Shown: in pieces, positions 1-8,556 of the stretch
Layout: the number at the start of each line of letters is the position of its first letter
Position numbering within the stretch: the first letter of the stretch is position 1
Sequence record: MH355584.1
Reading direction: 5' to 3' (one strand)
Source of the DNA: Escherichia phage vB_EcoM_JB75
DNA: 64,000 bases
Position numbers and translations under genes: made by a program
Notes under the pieces: model-generated
The model's input: only the letters and a program-made list of their open reading frames with translations
Told to the model about the DNA's origin: nothing
The model's database searches: none

Positions 1-10
1 AAGGAAAATT

Positions 11-949
11 ATGTACAATATTAAATGCCTGACCAAAAACGAACAAGCTGAAATTGTTAAGCTGTATTCAAGTGGTAATTACACCCAACAGGAATTGGCT
101 GATTGGCAAGGTGTATCGGTTGACACAATCCGTCGTGTTTTGAAAAATGCTGAAGAAGCTAAACGCTCTAAAGTTACTATTAGCGGTGATATTACAGTTA
201 AAGTTAATAGCGATGCAGTTATTGCTCCAGTTGCTAAATCTGACATTATTTGGAATGCATCTAAAAAATTCATTTCAATTACTGTTGACGGTGTAACTTA
301 TAACGCAACTCCTAATACTCATTCAAACTTCCAGGAAATTCTTAATCTGCTTGTAGCGGATAAGTTGGAAGAAGCGGCACAAAAAATTAATGTTCGTCGC
401 GCTGTTGAAAAATATATTTCAGGCGATGTTCGAATTGAAGGTGGAAGCTTGTTCTATCAAAATATTGAATTGCGATCTGGTTTGGTTGATCGTATTCTTG
501 ACTCGATGGAAAAAGGCGAAAACTTTGAATTCTATTTTCCGTTCTTGGAAAATCTGTTGGAAAACCCAAGCCAAAAAGCGGTATCTCGACTCTTTGATTT
601 CTTGGTAGCAAACGATATTGAAATTACAGAAGACGGTTACTTCTATGCTTGGAAAGTAGTTCGCAGTAATTACTTTGACTGTCATTCAAATACTTTTGAT
701 AACAGCCCTGGTAAAGTAGTTAAAATGCCACGTACTCGTGTGAATGACGATGATACACAAACTTGTTCTCGCGGTCTGCATGTGTGTTCTAAATCTTATA
801 TTCGTCACTTTGGCAGTTCAACTAGCCGAGTTGTAAAAGTTAAAGTACATCCGCGTGATGTAGTATCAATTCCGATTGATTACAACGATGCTAAAATGCG
901 TACCTGCCAATACGAAGTAGTTGAAGACGTTACTGAACAATTTAAATAA
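11..949 (+). CDS. rIIB: rIIB membrane-associated protein (312 aa)
   Basis: Translation begins MYNIKCLTKNEQAEIVKLY, matching the T4 rIIB N-terminus as I recall it; length 312 aa equals T4 rIIB; SD aaggaaaatt upstream; position at end of the rII region. Confidence 0.92.
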   Translation: MYNIKCLTKNEQAEIVKLYSSGNYTQQELADWQGVSVDTIRRVLKNAEEAKRSKVTISGDITVKVNSDAVIAPVAKSDIIWNASKKFISITVDGVTYNATPNTHSNFQEILNLLVADKLEEAAQKINVRRAVEKYISGDVRIEGGSLFYQNIELRSGLVDRILDSMEKGENFEFYFPFLENLLENPSQKAVSRLFDFLVANDIEITEDGYFYAWKVVRSNYFDCHSNTFDNSPGKVVKMPRTRVNDDDTQTCSRGLHVCSKSYIRHFGSSTSRVVKVKVHPRDVVSIPIDYNDAKMRTCQYEVVEDVTEQFK

Positions 950-977
950 GGGCTTCGGCCCTTAACTGAGGAAAATT

Positions 978-1172
978 ATGTTAGGTTATCAAGCACGAGT
1001 AAAAGAAGAATACGATCAATTAATGCTCAAAATTAATGCACTGAGTAAATTTTTAGAAAGCGCAAAGTTTCTAACAGTTAGTGTAGTTGAGCAAGAACTG
1101 CTACTTTCACAGTTCATCTCAATGAAATCTTATGCTGAATGTCTAGAGAAAAGAATTGCACAATTCAAGTAA
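978..1172 (+). CDS. hypothetical early protein (64 aa), rIIB-denB nonessential region
   Basis: ORF with SD gaggaaaatt 6 nt upstream of ATG; flanked by GGGCTTCGGCCC hairpins on both sides. Confidence 0.55.
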   Translation: MLGYQARVKEEYDQLMLKINALSKFLESAKFLTVSVVEQELLLSQFISMKSYAECLEKRIAQFK

Positions 1173-1176
1173 AATA

Positions 1177-1199
1177 AAGGGCTTCGGCCCTTTTGTTTT
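1177..1199 (+). terminator. rho-independent terminator
   Basis: GGGCTTCGGCCC hairpin (UUCG tetraloop) followed by TTTTGTTTT. Confidence 0.7.
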
Positions 1200-1210
1200 A
1201 AGGAAAAATT

Positions 1211-1540
1211 ATGATTTATTGTATGAATATCGGTGATTCCGACATAAAAGAGATTAAACTGCACGGAAATCATCACGCTAATATTGTGTACTGTAATAAA
1301 TTTGAGTTTGGTCACGAAAAACTTGGGTTTCTTTACTGTAATGATGTTATAGTCATGGATAAAAAGGAGCTCGATGAACTTGACCGCGAGTCTTTAGATG
1401 AAAATGACCGAATTTATTACGGCACTCTTAAAGTATATAACGCTTATCTCAGTGGTAAAAAGGAAAGTCTAAATGCAGAAAACGAATCCGGGTTTACAGA
1501 GACTATTTCAGATTCCGACATTTACCCTATCGAACAGTGA
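1211..1540 (+). CDS. hypothetical protein (109 aa)
   Basis: ORF with SD aaggaaaaatt before ATG; follows a rho-independent terminator. Confidence 0.55.
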   Translation: MIYCMNIGDSDIKEIKLHGNHHANIVYCNKFEFGHEKLGFLYCNDVIVMDKKELDELDRESLDENDRIYYGTLKVYNAYLSGKKESLNAENESGFTETISDSDIYPIEQ

Positions 1541-2030
1541 CTTGACTAGTGAAATGAAGGTCAAAATTGCTGATACTGCAAGATACTCTTTAAAACAAAA
1601 CCCGAACCAGGATAAAGCAGAAGTTATTGAAAGATGTCGTATTGCTGTATACGCAGAGTTTTTTGTAGCAGATTGGCTAAGCGGGTATGTTAATAAAGGT
1701 CAAGAAGATGTCGATGATCCATATACATACGCGTGGGATGTTTTAGCACATCCAAAATACTGTGGGCTTCGTGTAGAAGTTAAGACACATCAAACTGGCT
1801 CACGTTGGATTTCTGTAACAACAGGATGCAGCGGAGAGTATCCATACGGTTCTGGAATAAATCTAGGGCCCATTCTAAATCATCAAGTCGCTGACTGTAT
1901 AATTATATTCAACACTAAAGAAATTCATCCAGGTGTCATCCAGTACACTCCGAAGTTCATCGGTGACAGAGAAGACCTTCGTAAGGTTGTAAGAAAAAGC
2001 AACTACAATGGATGGTATCTTTCCATTTAA
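1473..2030 (+). CDS. denB: putative endonuclease IV (denB-like), start uncertain
   Basis: Position between rIIB and ndd as in T4; the 185 aa ORF length equals T4 denB, but this start overlaps the upstream ORF by 68 nt; an alternative ATG at 1554 would give 158 aa. Sequence itself not recognised from memory. Confidence 0.55.
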   Translation: MQKTNPGLQRLFQIPTFTLSNSDLTSEMKVKIADTARYSLKQNPNQDKAEVIERCRIAVYAEFFVADWLSGYVNKGQEDVDDPYTYAWDVLAHPKYCGLRVEVKTHQTGSRWISVTTGCSGEYPYGSGINLGPILNHQVADCIIIFNTKEIHPGVIQYTPKFIGDREDLRKVVRKSNYNGWYLSI

Positions 2031-2047
2031 AAAATTTTCACAAAACA

Positions 2048-2080
2048 GTTTACATACCACAAGGACAGTGGTACTATACA
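2048..2080 (+). promoter_or_regulatory. early promoter (GTTTAC -35, TACTATAC extended -10)
   Basis: AAAATTTTCACAAAACAGTTTAC ... GTGGTACTATACA matches the T4 early promoter consensus, including the A-rich UP region. Confidence 0.7.
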
Positions 2081-2104
2081 ACTATCAGCTACGGAGGAGT
2101 AAAA

Positions 2105-2368
2105 ATGAAATTTAAATTTTATTACACTAAACATAAAATTACCGGTGAATTTATTGCATTTACGACTTCAACTACAGATGAAGAAGATATTTTTACTGCA
2201 GTATTTTTATCAAAATGGGAATCAGATCAACCTTACTTATCATCACGTGAAGATCTCCAACGATTAGTTAATGGAGAATATAATGATTCATGGTCATATT
2301 TAGTCCATGATTGTGTTAAAAAGGCAATAAAACAAAAACACTTGGAAATCGTTGAGATTGAACTATGA
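2105..2368 (+). CDS. hypothetical early protein (87 aa)
   Basis: ATG preceded by SD ggaggagt and an early promoter (GTTTAC ... TACTATAC); the longer 118 aa ORF in the track would start inside denB. Confidence 0.55.
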   Translation: MKFKFYYTKHKITGEFIAFTTSTTDEEDIFTAVFLSKWESDQPYLSSREDLQRLVNGEYNDSWSYLVHDCVKKAIKQKHLEIVEIEL

Positions 2369-2447
2369 GTTCATTATGTTGGTGTTTTGTTTGGTTAATT
2401 AGTATTCCAGTAATTTGTTTAACATTTACTTTTGTGATGAGGTTATT

Positions 2448-2546
2448 ATGAAAATTTTGAATTCTGTACTTATTGCGTGTGCATGGTGGGTTGCACAAGT
2501 TTCGGCAGTAGTGATTGGTATTCACATTTATTACGAATATTTTTAA
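2448..2546 (+). CDS. small hydrophobic peptide (32 aa)
   Basis: MKILNSVLIACAWWVAQVSAVVIGIHIYYEYF; SD gaggttatt; single predicted TM helix; below the ORF-track size cutoff. Confidence 0.4.
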   Translation: MKILNSVLIACAWWVAQVSAVVIGIHIYYEYF

Positions 2547-2612
2547 AAAAAGTTGTTTACAAGACTGTTCTTCCGTGGTACTATTACCCTATCAACTACG
2601 GAGGAACAGAAA

Positions 2613-2726
2613 ATGAAAAAGATTGTTAAAGCTATATGGAATGTAGTTATAATACTAATAGTTTTGAGTATATTCCCAATCGTTTTAATGATTGATGTAT
2701 TAAACGTTTACTTTGGATTTATGTGA
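2613..2726 (+). CDS. small hydrophobic peptide (37 aa)
   Basis: MKKIVKAIWNVVIILIVLSIFPIVLMIDVLNVYFGFM; SD ggaggaaca; preceded by an early promoter. Confidence 0.45.
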   Translation: MKKIVKAIWNVVIILIVLSIFPIVLMIDVLNVYFGFM

Positions 2727-2733
2727 GGAAAAT

Positions 2734-2931
2734 ATGAAGCGTAAAAGCACTGCGTTTACATTTATTGAATGGTTTTTCGATAATATTTTTCCGGCTTTAT
2801 TCATTTTCATGCTGATTTTTGCCTTAGGTTCAGTTGTAGTTGGAATTTATTTGATGACGGTAGTCGGAATGGATATTCATCAAAATGGTTTAAAATCCGT
2901 GGTTGAAACAATTTGGAATGGTGTAAAATGA
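2734..2931 (+). CDS. small membrane protein (65 aa)
   Basis: ATG with SD gaggaaaat; hydrophobic core FPALFIFMLIFALGSVVVGIYLMTVV. Confidence 0.5.
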   Translation: MKRKSTAFTFIEWFFDNIFPALFIFMLIFALGSVVVGIYLMTVVGMDIHQNGLKSVVETIWNGVK

Positions 2932-3038
2932 TGAATTTGCTGAGTGGTTGGTTTTATATTCTTATGTTTTACATTGGTGCAAATTTCCCATATTGGATGG
3001 GATGGTCAACAACTGCATTTGGATTTTATACTCCCTGA
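2928..3038 (+). CDS. small hydrophobic peptide (36 aa)
   Basis: MMNLLSGWFYILMFYIGANFPYWMGWSTTAFGFYTP; ATGA overlap with the upstream ORF. Confidence 0.4.
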   Translation: MMNLLSGWFYILMFYIGANFPYWMGWSTTAFGFYTP

Positions 3039-3046
3039 GGTGAATT

Positions 3047-3262
3047 ATGAAAATTTTTAAAGATGTAAAAGTTGGCGAAATTTTTTGCTTGGATAGTGGT
3101 GATCAGTTAATTCGTATTTCACCTCTTAAGAGCACCAGCGAGAAAATGACAGTTAACGCTACTTTAGCAAATAACAGTAATGAACGTTTCTGTATTGAAA
3201 ATGATACTGAAACTTATACCGTAGAAGAGTTTTGGGAATTGAGCGTCGACTGCGACGATTAA
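3047..3262 (+). CDS. hypothetical protein (71 aa)
   Basis: ORF with SD gaggtgaatt before ATG. Confidence 0.5.
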   Translation: MKIFKDVKVGEIFCLDSGDQLIRISPLKSTSEKMTVNATLANNSNERFCIENDTETYTVEEFWELSVDCDD

Positions 3263-3322
3263 TTTAATGGCCGCGTGTATTCATGCGGCCTTGGAGTAGA
3301 AAATAATTTAGAGGAAATTAAT

Positions 3323-3781
3323 ATGAAATACATGACTGTTACTGATCTGAATAATGCAGGCGCTACTGTTATTGGCACAATCAAGGGCGGTGAATGGTTT
3401 TTGGGAACTCCGCATAAAGACATTTTATCTAAACCTGGATTTTACTTTTTAGTAAGTAAATTAGATGGTCGTCCATTTAGTAATCCATGTGTGTCTGCAC
3501 GATTTTATGTAGGTAATCAGCGTTCTAAGCAAGGATTCAGTGCGGTTCTAAGTCATATTCGTCAGCGTCGGTCTCAGCTTGCGCGTACTATTGCAAATAA
3601 CAATGTTCCATACACAGTATTTTATCTTCCTGCTTCTAAGATGAAACCTCTGACGACAGGATTTGATAAAGGTCAGTTAGCGTTGGCGTTTACTCGTAAT
3701 CATCATTCTGAGTATCAAACACTTGAAGAAATGAACCGTATGTTGGCTGATAACTTTAAATTTGTTTTGCAGGCATATTAA
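3323..3781 (+). CDS. ndd: nucleoid disruption protein Ndd (151 aa)
   Basis: Starts [13 protein letters not shown] with SD gaggaaatta; 151 aa as in T4 Ndd; immediately upstream of stp as in T4. Confidence 0.8.
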
Positions 3782-3861
3782 TGAGTAATTTCCATAACGA
3801 ACATGTGATGCAGTTCTATCGTAACAATCTTAAAACTAAAGGCGTCTTCGGACGCCAGTGA
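3781..3861 (+). CDS. stp: Stp peptide (26 aa), activator of the host PrrC anticodon nuclease
   Basis: [26 protein letters not shown], recognised as T4 Stp; TAATG overlap with the ndd stop. Confidence 0.85.
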
Positions 3862-3868
3862 GGAAAAT

Positions 3869-4024
3869 ATGAATATCGCAAAATTATTAGGAGTTATTTC
3901 ATTTATTTGTTGGATAGTAGCATGTGTTTTAACTATCTGTATCGATGCCAGCAGTGTGTTTTCGCAGGCTTTAGCCCAAGGTATGTGTGCATATTTAACA
4001 TTTGTGTTGTTATCTAATGATTAA
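3869..4024 (+). CDS. ac: acriflavine-resistance membrane peptide Ac (51 aa)
   Basis: 51 aa hydrophobic ORF directly after stp with SD gaggaaaat; matches T4 ac in length and position. Confidence 0.7.
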   Translation: MNIAKLLGVISFICWIVACVLTICIDASSVFSQALAQGMCAYLTFVLLSND

Positions 4025-4157
4025 GAAAATCTTGGGCTATTCATTAGCCCTTGCTATTTTATTGATAGCGTTATATTACGGAATAATGTTCGGATTAATT
4101 CAAGTCGTGCTTTTCATTTCTGATGTTATTATGGCACTACATTCACTAGTATGGTAA
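4017..4157 (+). CDS. small membrane peptide (46 aa), 52.1-like
   Basis: MIKKILGYSLALAILLIALYYGIMFGLIQVVLFISDVIMALHSLVW; overlaps the ac stop; lies just upstream of gene 52. Confidence 0.45.
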   Translation: MIKKILGYSLALAILLIALYYGIMFGLIQVVLFISDVIMALHSLVW

Positions 4158-4161
4158 ATTT

Positions 4162-5490
4162 ATGCAACTGAATAATCGCGATTTAAAAAGTATCATTGAT
4201 AATGAAGCATTGGCTTATGCTATGTACACGGTTGAAAATCGTGCTATCCCAAATATGATTGATGGATTTAAGCCAGTTCAACGATTTGTTATTGCTCGAG
4301 CTCTTGATTTGGCACGAGGAAATAAAGATAAGTTTCACAAACTCGCTTCTATTGCAGGTGGTGTAGCGGACCTTGGATATCACCATGGCGAAAACTCTGC
4401 ACAAGACGCAGGCGCTTTGATGGCTAATACTTGGAATAATAATTTTCCTTTGTTAGATGGTCAAGGAAACTTCGGTTCTCGTACTGTCCAAAAGGCAGCA
4501 GCAAGTCGTTATATTTTTGCTCGTGTAAGTAAAAATTTCTATAACGTATATAAAGATACTGAATATGCTCCGGTACATCAAGATAAAGAACACATTCCGC
4601 CTGCTTTCTATTTGCCTATTATTCCTACTGTTCTTCTTAATGGCGTTTCCGGTATTGCAACTGGTTATGCAACTTACATTCTTCCTCATAGTGTTTCTTC
4701 TGTTAAGAAAGCTGTACTGCAAGCTCTTCAAGGAAAGAAAGTAACTAAACCGAAGGTAGAATTCCCAGAATTTCGTGGTGAAGTCGTTGAGATTGACGGT
4801 CAATATGAAATTCGTGGAACATATAAGTTTACTTCACGAACTCAAATGCATATCACTGAGATTCCGTATAAGTATGATCGTGAAACTTATGTGAGTAAAA
4901 TCTTAGACCCGCTTGAAGATAAAGGCTTCATTACATGGGATGATGCTTGTGGTGAGCATGGCTTTGGCTTCAAAGTTAAATTCCGAAAAGAATACTCTTT
5001 GAGCGATAATGAAGAAGAACGCCATGCAAAAATTATGAAAGACTTCGGGTTGATTGAGCGTCGTTCCCAGAATATTACCGTCATTAATGAGAAAGGAAAG
5101 CTGCAAGTTTACGATAATGTAGTTGATTTAATCAAAGACTTCGTTGAAGTTCGTAAAACTTATGTCCAAAAACGAATTGATAACAAAATCAAAGAAACTG
5201 AATCAGCATTTCGTTTAGCTTTTGCCAAGGCACATTTCATTAAGAAAGTAATTTCAGGTGAAATTGTTGTACAAGGTAAAACTCGCAAAGAACTGACCGA
5301 AGAACTTTCTAAAATTGATATGTATTCTTCTTATGTTGATAAACTAGTTGGAATGAACATTTTTCATATGACTTCCGACGAAGCAAAGAAACTTGCTGAA
5401 GAAGCTAAAGCCAAAAAAGAAGAAAACGAATATTGGAAAACTACTGATGTAGTTACAGAATACACCAAAGATTTAGAGGAAATCAAATGA
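4162..5490 (+). CDS. 52: DNA topoisomerase II medium subunit gp52 (442 aa)
   Basis: 442 aa as in T4 gp52; N-terminal region AYAMYTVENRAIPNMIDGFKPVQRFVI resembles the GyrA/ParC N-terminal motif; adjacent to motA. Confidence 0.85.
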   Translation: MQLNNRDLKSIIDNEALAYAMYTVENRAIPNMIDGFKPVQRFVIARALDLARGNKDKFHKLASIAGGVADLGYHHGENSAQDAGALMANTWNNNFPLLDGQGNFGSRTVQKAAASRYIFARVSKNFYNVYKDTEYAPVHQDKEHIPPAFYLPIIPTVLLNGVSGIATGYATYILPHSVSSVKKAVLQALQGKKVTKPKVEFPEFRGEVVEIDGQYEIRGTYKFTSRTQMHITEIPYKYDRETYVSKILDPLEDKGFITWDDACGEHGFGFKVKFRKEYSLSDNEEERHAKIMKDFGLIERRSQNITVINEKGKLQVYDNVVDLIKDFVEVRKTYVQKRIDNKIKETESAFRLAFAKAHFIKKVISGEIVVQGKTRKELTEELSKIDMYSSYVDKLVGMNIFHMTSDEAKKLAEEAKAKKEENEYWKTTDVVTEYTKDLEEIK

Positions 5491-5636
5491 GTCCATTCAT
5501 TGGTATCACAAGCGCTGCATTAGTATCTGGTGGCATTTTACTGGCGGGTTTAGGTGTTGTTCCTGCCGTAGCAGGAGGTCTTCTTGCGTTCGGAATTCAA
5601 CGTGTTATCATGACAGTTATCACAGTCATGCAGTAA
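5487..5636 (+). CDS. small membrane peptide (49 aa)
   Basis: MSPFIGITSAALVSGGILLAGLGVVPAVAGGLLAFGIQRVIMTVITVMQ; ATGA overlap with the gene 52 stop; followed by a strong terminator. Confidence 0.45.
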   Translation: MSPFIGITSAALVSGGILLAGLGVVPAVAGGLLAFGIQRVIMTVITVMQ

Positions 5637-5640
5637 TTTT

Positions 5641-5670
5641 AGGGAGAGCCTCGGCTCTCCCTTTTTTATT
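5641..5670 (+). terminator. rho-independent terminator after gene 52 and the small ORF
   Basis: AGGGAGAGCCTCGGCTCTCCCT hairpin followed by TTTTTTATT. Confidence 0.8.
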
Positions 5671-5692
5671 TCAAAAATTTTTTCACAAAACG

Positions 5693-5726
5693 GTTTACAA
5701 CCAAAGCATACTGTGGTACTATACAA
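5693..5726 (+). promoter_or_regulatory. early promoter
   Basis: GTTTACAACCAAAGCATACTGTGGTACTATACA; almost identical to the promoter at 22504. Confidence 0.7.
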
Positions 5727-5771
5727 CTATCAAATAAATGAACTGAAACAAACAACCCGGAGATACAAAAA

Positions 5772-5999
5772 ATGAAATTTAAAATCGAAAACGAAATCGT
5801 TAAAGCTAAAAATGCTCTGACTGCTAACAAACTGGTTGTAGATGGTATTGAATATGATATCTGTGGAGTTCGTGAAGAAAAACCTGGTGTTCTGACTTTC
5901 TTCACAATGATTTTTAAATTTAAAGGTGACACAGAATTCAAACAGTTTGATTTTGCCCATGAAGACGAAATCGAAGTTCGTAATCTGAACATTAAGTAA
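5772..5999 (+). CDS. hypothetical early protein (75 aa)
   Basis: ORF preceded by a consensus early promoter and SD-like ccggaga. Confidence 0.6.
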   Translation: MKFKIENEIVKAKNALTANKLVVDGIEYDICGVREEKPGVLTFFTMIFKFKGDTEFKQFDFAHEDEIEVRNLNIK

Positions 6000-6038
6000 G
6001 TACTTTATTAGAGCTCTTGAAAAAGAGTGCAAAAAAGT

Positions 6039-6070
6039 GTTTACTTCTGCTTTAAACATGATACTATAGA
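6039..6070 (+). promoter_or_regulatory. early promoter upstream of motA
   Basis: GTTTAC at 6039 and TACTATAG at 6062. Confidence 0.65.
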
Positions 6071-6104
6071 CCTATCAAATAAATGAACTGAAACGGAGAT
6101 TAAA

Positions 6105-6740
6105 ATGTCTAAAGTAACTTACATCATCAAAGCTTCTAACGATATTCTGAATGAAAAAACTGCTGCGATTTTAATTACCATTGCTAAGAAAGATTTCATT
6201 ACAGCTGCAGAAGTTCGTGAGGTGCATCCAGATTTAGGTAACGCAGTAGTTAATAGTAATATTGGGGTATTGATTAAAAAAGGCCTGGTGGAGAAATCTG
6301 GTGATGGATTAATCATTACTGGTGAAGCTCAGGATATTATTTCAAATGCGGCAACTTTATATGCACAGGAAAATGCTCCTGAACTACTGAAAAAACGAGC
6401 AACTCGTAAAGCTCGTGAGATTACTTCCGATATGGAAGAAGATAAAGACCTTATGCTAAAACTTTTAGATGAAAATGGATTTGTTCTTAAAAAGGTTGAA
6501 ACTTACCGCAGTAACTATCTTGCTATTTTAGAAAAACGCACTCACGGAATTCGTAATTTTGAAATTAATAACAATGGAAATATGCGAATTTTTGGATACA
6601 AAATGATGGAACACCATATTCAGAAATTTACTGATATTGGAATGTCATGTAAAATCGCTAAAAACGGCAATGTGTATCTTGACATTAAACGCTCGGCAGA
6701 AAACATTGAAGCAGTAATCACCGTAGCATCTGAACTGTGA
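6105..6740 (+). CDS. motA: middle-transcription activator MotA (211 aa)
   Basis: 211 aa as in T4 MotA; N-terminus MSKVTYIIKASND matches recalled MotA; early promoter upstream. Confidence 0.88.
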   Translation: MSKVTYIIKASNDILNEKTAAILITIAKKDFITAAEVREVHPDLGNAVVNSNIGVLIKKGLVEKSGDGLIITGEAQDIISNAATLYAQENAPELLKKRATRKAREITSDMEEDKDLMLKLLDENGFVLKKVETYRSNYLAILEKRTHGIRNFEINNNGNMRIFGYKMMEHHIQKFTDIGMSCKIAKNGNVYLDIKRSAENIEAVITVASEL

Positions 6741-6750
6741 GGAATAAATA

Positions 6751-7080
6751 ATGAACAAGTTAGAAATTGTTAATGAACTTCGTCGTTGTGCAGAACCCAC
6801 TCAAGAGGGGTGGGATATCTGGTATCATGGAGCTTATCTTGGAACTATCGTAAAGATTAAGACTGGTAAATACATGATTATTCGTGAAAGTAAAGATGCT
6901 CCAGTAGGTATTCGCAATAATTTTATGGCGGCGATAAGTTCATTTACGGATGCAGCTTACGAAATTTACCTTGCTGATTATAAAGAATTCCAGGAATCTC
7001 AACCAGTTATTCGTTCAATTGGTGTTAACAAAGCTCAACAGAAAACTTTATGGCAACGTATTAAAGGATGGTTTAAATGA
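6751..7080 (+). CDS. hypothetical protein (109 aa)
   Basis: ORF with SD gaggaataaataatg; in the motA-asiA cluster. Confidence 0.55.
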   Translation: MNKLEIVNELRRCAEPTQEGWDIWYHGAYLGTIVKIKTGKYMIIRESKDAPVGIRNNFMAAISSFTDAAYEIYLADYKEFQESQPVIRSIGVNKAQQKTLWQRIKGWFK

Positions 7081-7232
7081 AAACATTTAAAATTGTCGTA
7101 GAATTTTATAACGGCGAAGGTGTAGTCCATCTTAAAGCGGCCAACCAGTTTGATGCGGTAAGAGTATATTGTCAATGCTTTGAAAGTTCTAAACAAGCTA
7201 TAAAAATTAAAAGTGTTGAGGAAACCAAATGA
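7077..7232 (+). CDS. hypothetical small protein (51 aa)
   Basis: ATGA-coupled to the upstream ORF; [24 protein letters not shown]... Confidence 0.4.
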   Translation: MKTFKIVVEFYNGEGVVHLKAANQFDAVRVYCQCFESSKQAIKIKSVEETK

Positions 7233-7696
7233 AAACATTCAAAGAGCGTCTTGAATTATTAGACCTGGCTTTATTACGTGAAACTCCAGAAAGTCTAGCA
7301 GCTAAATTACAGGCCTATGGCGACTACACCGAATATACGGAAGAGGATGTTTTAGAAGAGGTTCCTGAAATCTGTTGGCAAGTAGCTCATTGGAACAATA
7401 ATGAAAAATATCAACGTCGAATTGTGTGTGCAGCCAACCGCTTTAAGTTAAAAGATGGTGGGACTCTGGTTATTCCTGGTGCTCGTCATTATTCTAAAGA
7501 TATGGCTGAAGTTCTTGACCAGGTAAGTGATAAACTTGTATCAGACCATGTTTGTGGTGAAGACCAAGGATTTATTGACCAGTATAGCAATTACTGGACA
7601 CGTGAAGAAGCAATGATTATTGCAACTTACGCTGGACAAGTGCGTATTGAACGTGGTGGTAGTGAAAAAGAACTTTACTCTGAGGACCTTTACTAA
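7229..7696 (+). CDS. hypothetical protein (155 aa)
   Basis: ORF with SD gaggaaacc; translationally coupled on both sides. Confidence 0.6.
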   Translation: MKTFKERLELLDLALLRETPESLAAKLQAYGDYTEYTEEDVLEEVPEICWQVAHWNNNEKYQRRIVCAANRFKLKDGGTLVIPGARHYSKDMAEVLDQVSDKLVSDHVCGEDQGFIDQYSNYWTREEAMIIATYAGQVRIERGGSEKELYSEDLY

Positions 7697-7992
7697 TGAA
7701 TATTAAAAAGTTTCAAATTGATGGAATTAAGAATCAAATCCAGGCGTTGGAATATGCCAATAAAATGATGTCAACTAATTGGGGAATTTATGCCAATGAA
7801 CCGGCATTTCAGTTCTGTGATATGGAATTTACCAAAAAGCTCGTAGGAAAAGATTATGTATGTCCATTTAGTTCTCCAGTAAATGGAATGTTAAAACCTG
7901 CTTTACGCGATCTTTATATTGCGATGAACGAAGAAATGATAAAAGAACTAAAACGTCAACTGAAGGTGATTCAATTTGGCCAGGGAAATTAA
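7696..7992 (+). CDS. hypothetical protein (98 aa)
   Basis: ORF coupled by TAATG overlap to the upstream gene. Confidence 0.55.
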   Translation: MNIKKFQIDGIKNQIQALEYANKMMSTNWGIYANEPAFQFCDMEFTKKLVGKDYVCPFSSPVNGMLKPALRDLYIAMNEEMIKELKRQLKVIQFGQGN

Positions 7993-8200
7993 TTCAAAAT
8001 CCGATTATTTTAATTCTCTCAATGATAAAGATAAAAATCTAATAAGACATTTTATTGTTGAGATGGGATATACTGACACACGTGATTTAAGAGAACATAT
8101 ATTTGAATGTGGTGTAGCTAAAAAGTTTTCATTCACATGCAAGTGTTTGAGAGAGGTAATTCAGCACTATGAACAATTTAGTCGCAAAACACAATTTTAA
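7976..8200 (+). CDS. hypothetical protein (74 aa)
   Basis: ORF overlapping the upstream stop; cysteine-containing (CGVAKKFSFTCKC). Confidence 0.45.
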   Translation: MAREINSKSDYFNSLNDKDKNLIRHFIVEMGYTDTRDLREHIFECGVAKKFSFTCKCLREVIQHYEQFSRKTQF

Positions 8201-8277
8201 TAAAGCTTCTGTCCATAAGGATAAGAAGAAAGCGTTTAAAGAATCTAATCGCAAACAGAAACATAAGGGGAAGGTCT

Positions 8278-8556
8278 ATGATTATTGATTCTCAGTCCGT
8301 GGTTCAATACACAATCAAAATTGATATTCTAGAAAAGCTATATAAGTTTCTACCAAATTTATACCACTCAATTGTTAATGAATTAGTTGAAGAACTGCAT
8401 CTTGAGAATAATGATTTCTTGATTGGAACTTATAAAGACCTCTCAAAAGCAGGATATTTTTACGTAATTCCAGTTCCAGGAAAAAGTATTGATGATGTAT
8501 TAGAAACTATAATGATTTATGTCCATGATTACGAAATTGAAGATTATTTCGAATGA
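8278..8556 (+). CDS. arn: acidic 92 aa protein, possible Arn (anti-McrBC DNA mimic)
   Basis: 92 aa as in T4 Arn, acidic composition, located near asiA as in T4; SD aaggggaagg. Identity rests on length and position only. Confidence 0.4.
   Translation: MIIDSQSVVQYTIKIDILEKLYKFLPNLYHSIVNELVEELHLENNDFLIGTYKDLSKAGYFYVIPVPGKSIDDVLETIMIYVHDYEIEDYFE

Noticed and set aside
3275-3322. Longer upstream starts offered by the ORF track (3275 for ndd; likewise 19248 rnh, 29683 denA, 30134 rnlA, 39123, 38756, 39848, 56119)
   Set aside because: These use TTG/GTG or run through terminator hairpins and promoters; downstream ATGs with good SD give the lengths known for the T4 proteins.
6119-6316. Minus-strand 65 aa ORF inside motA
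   Set aside because: Antisense to the confidently assigned motA, with no SD.
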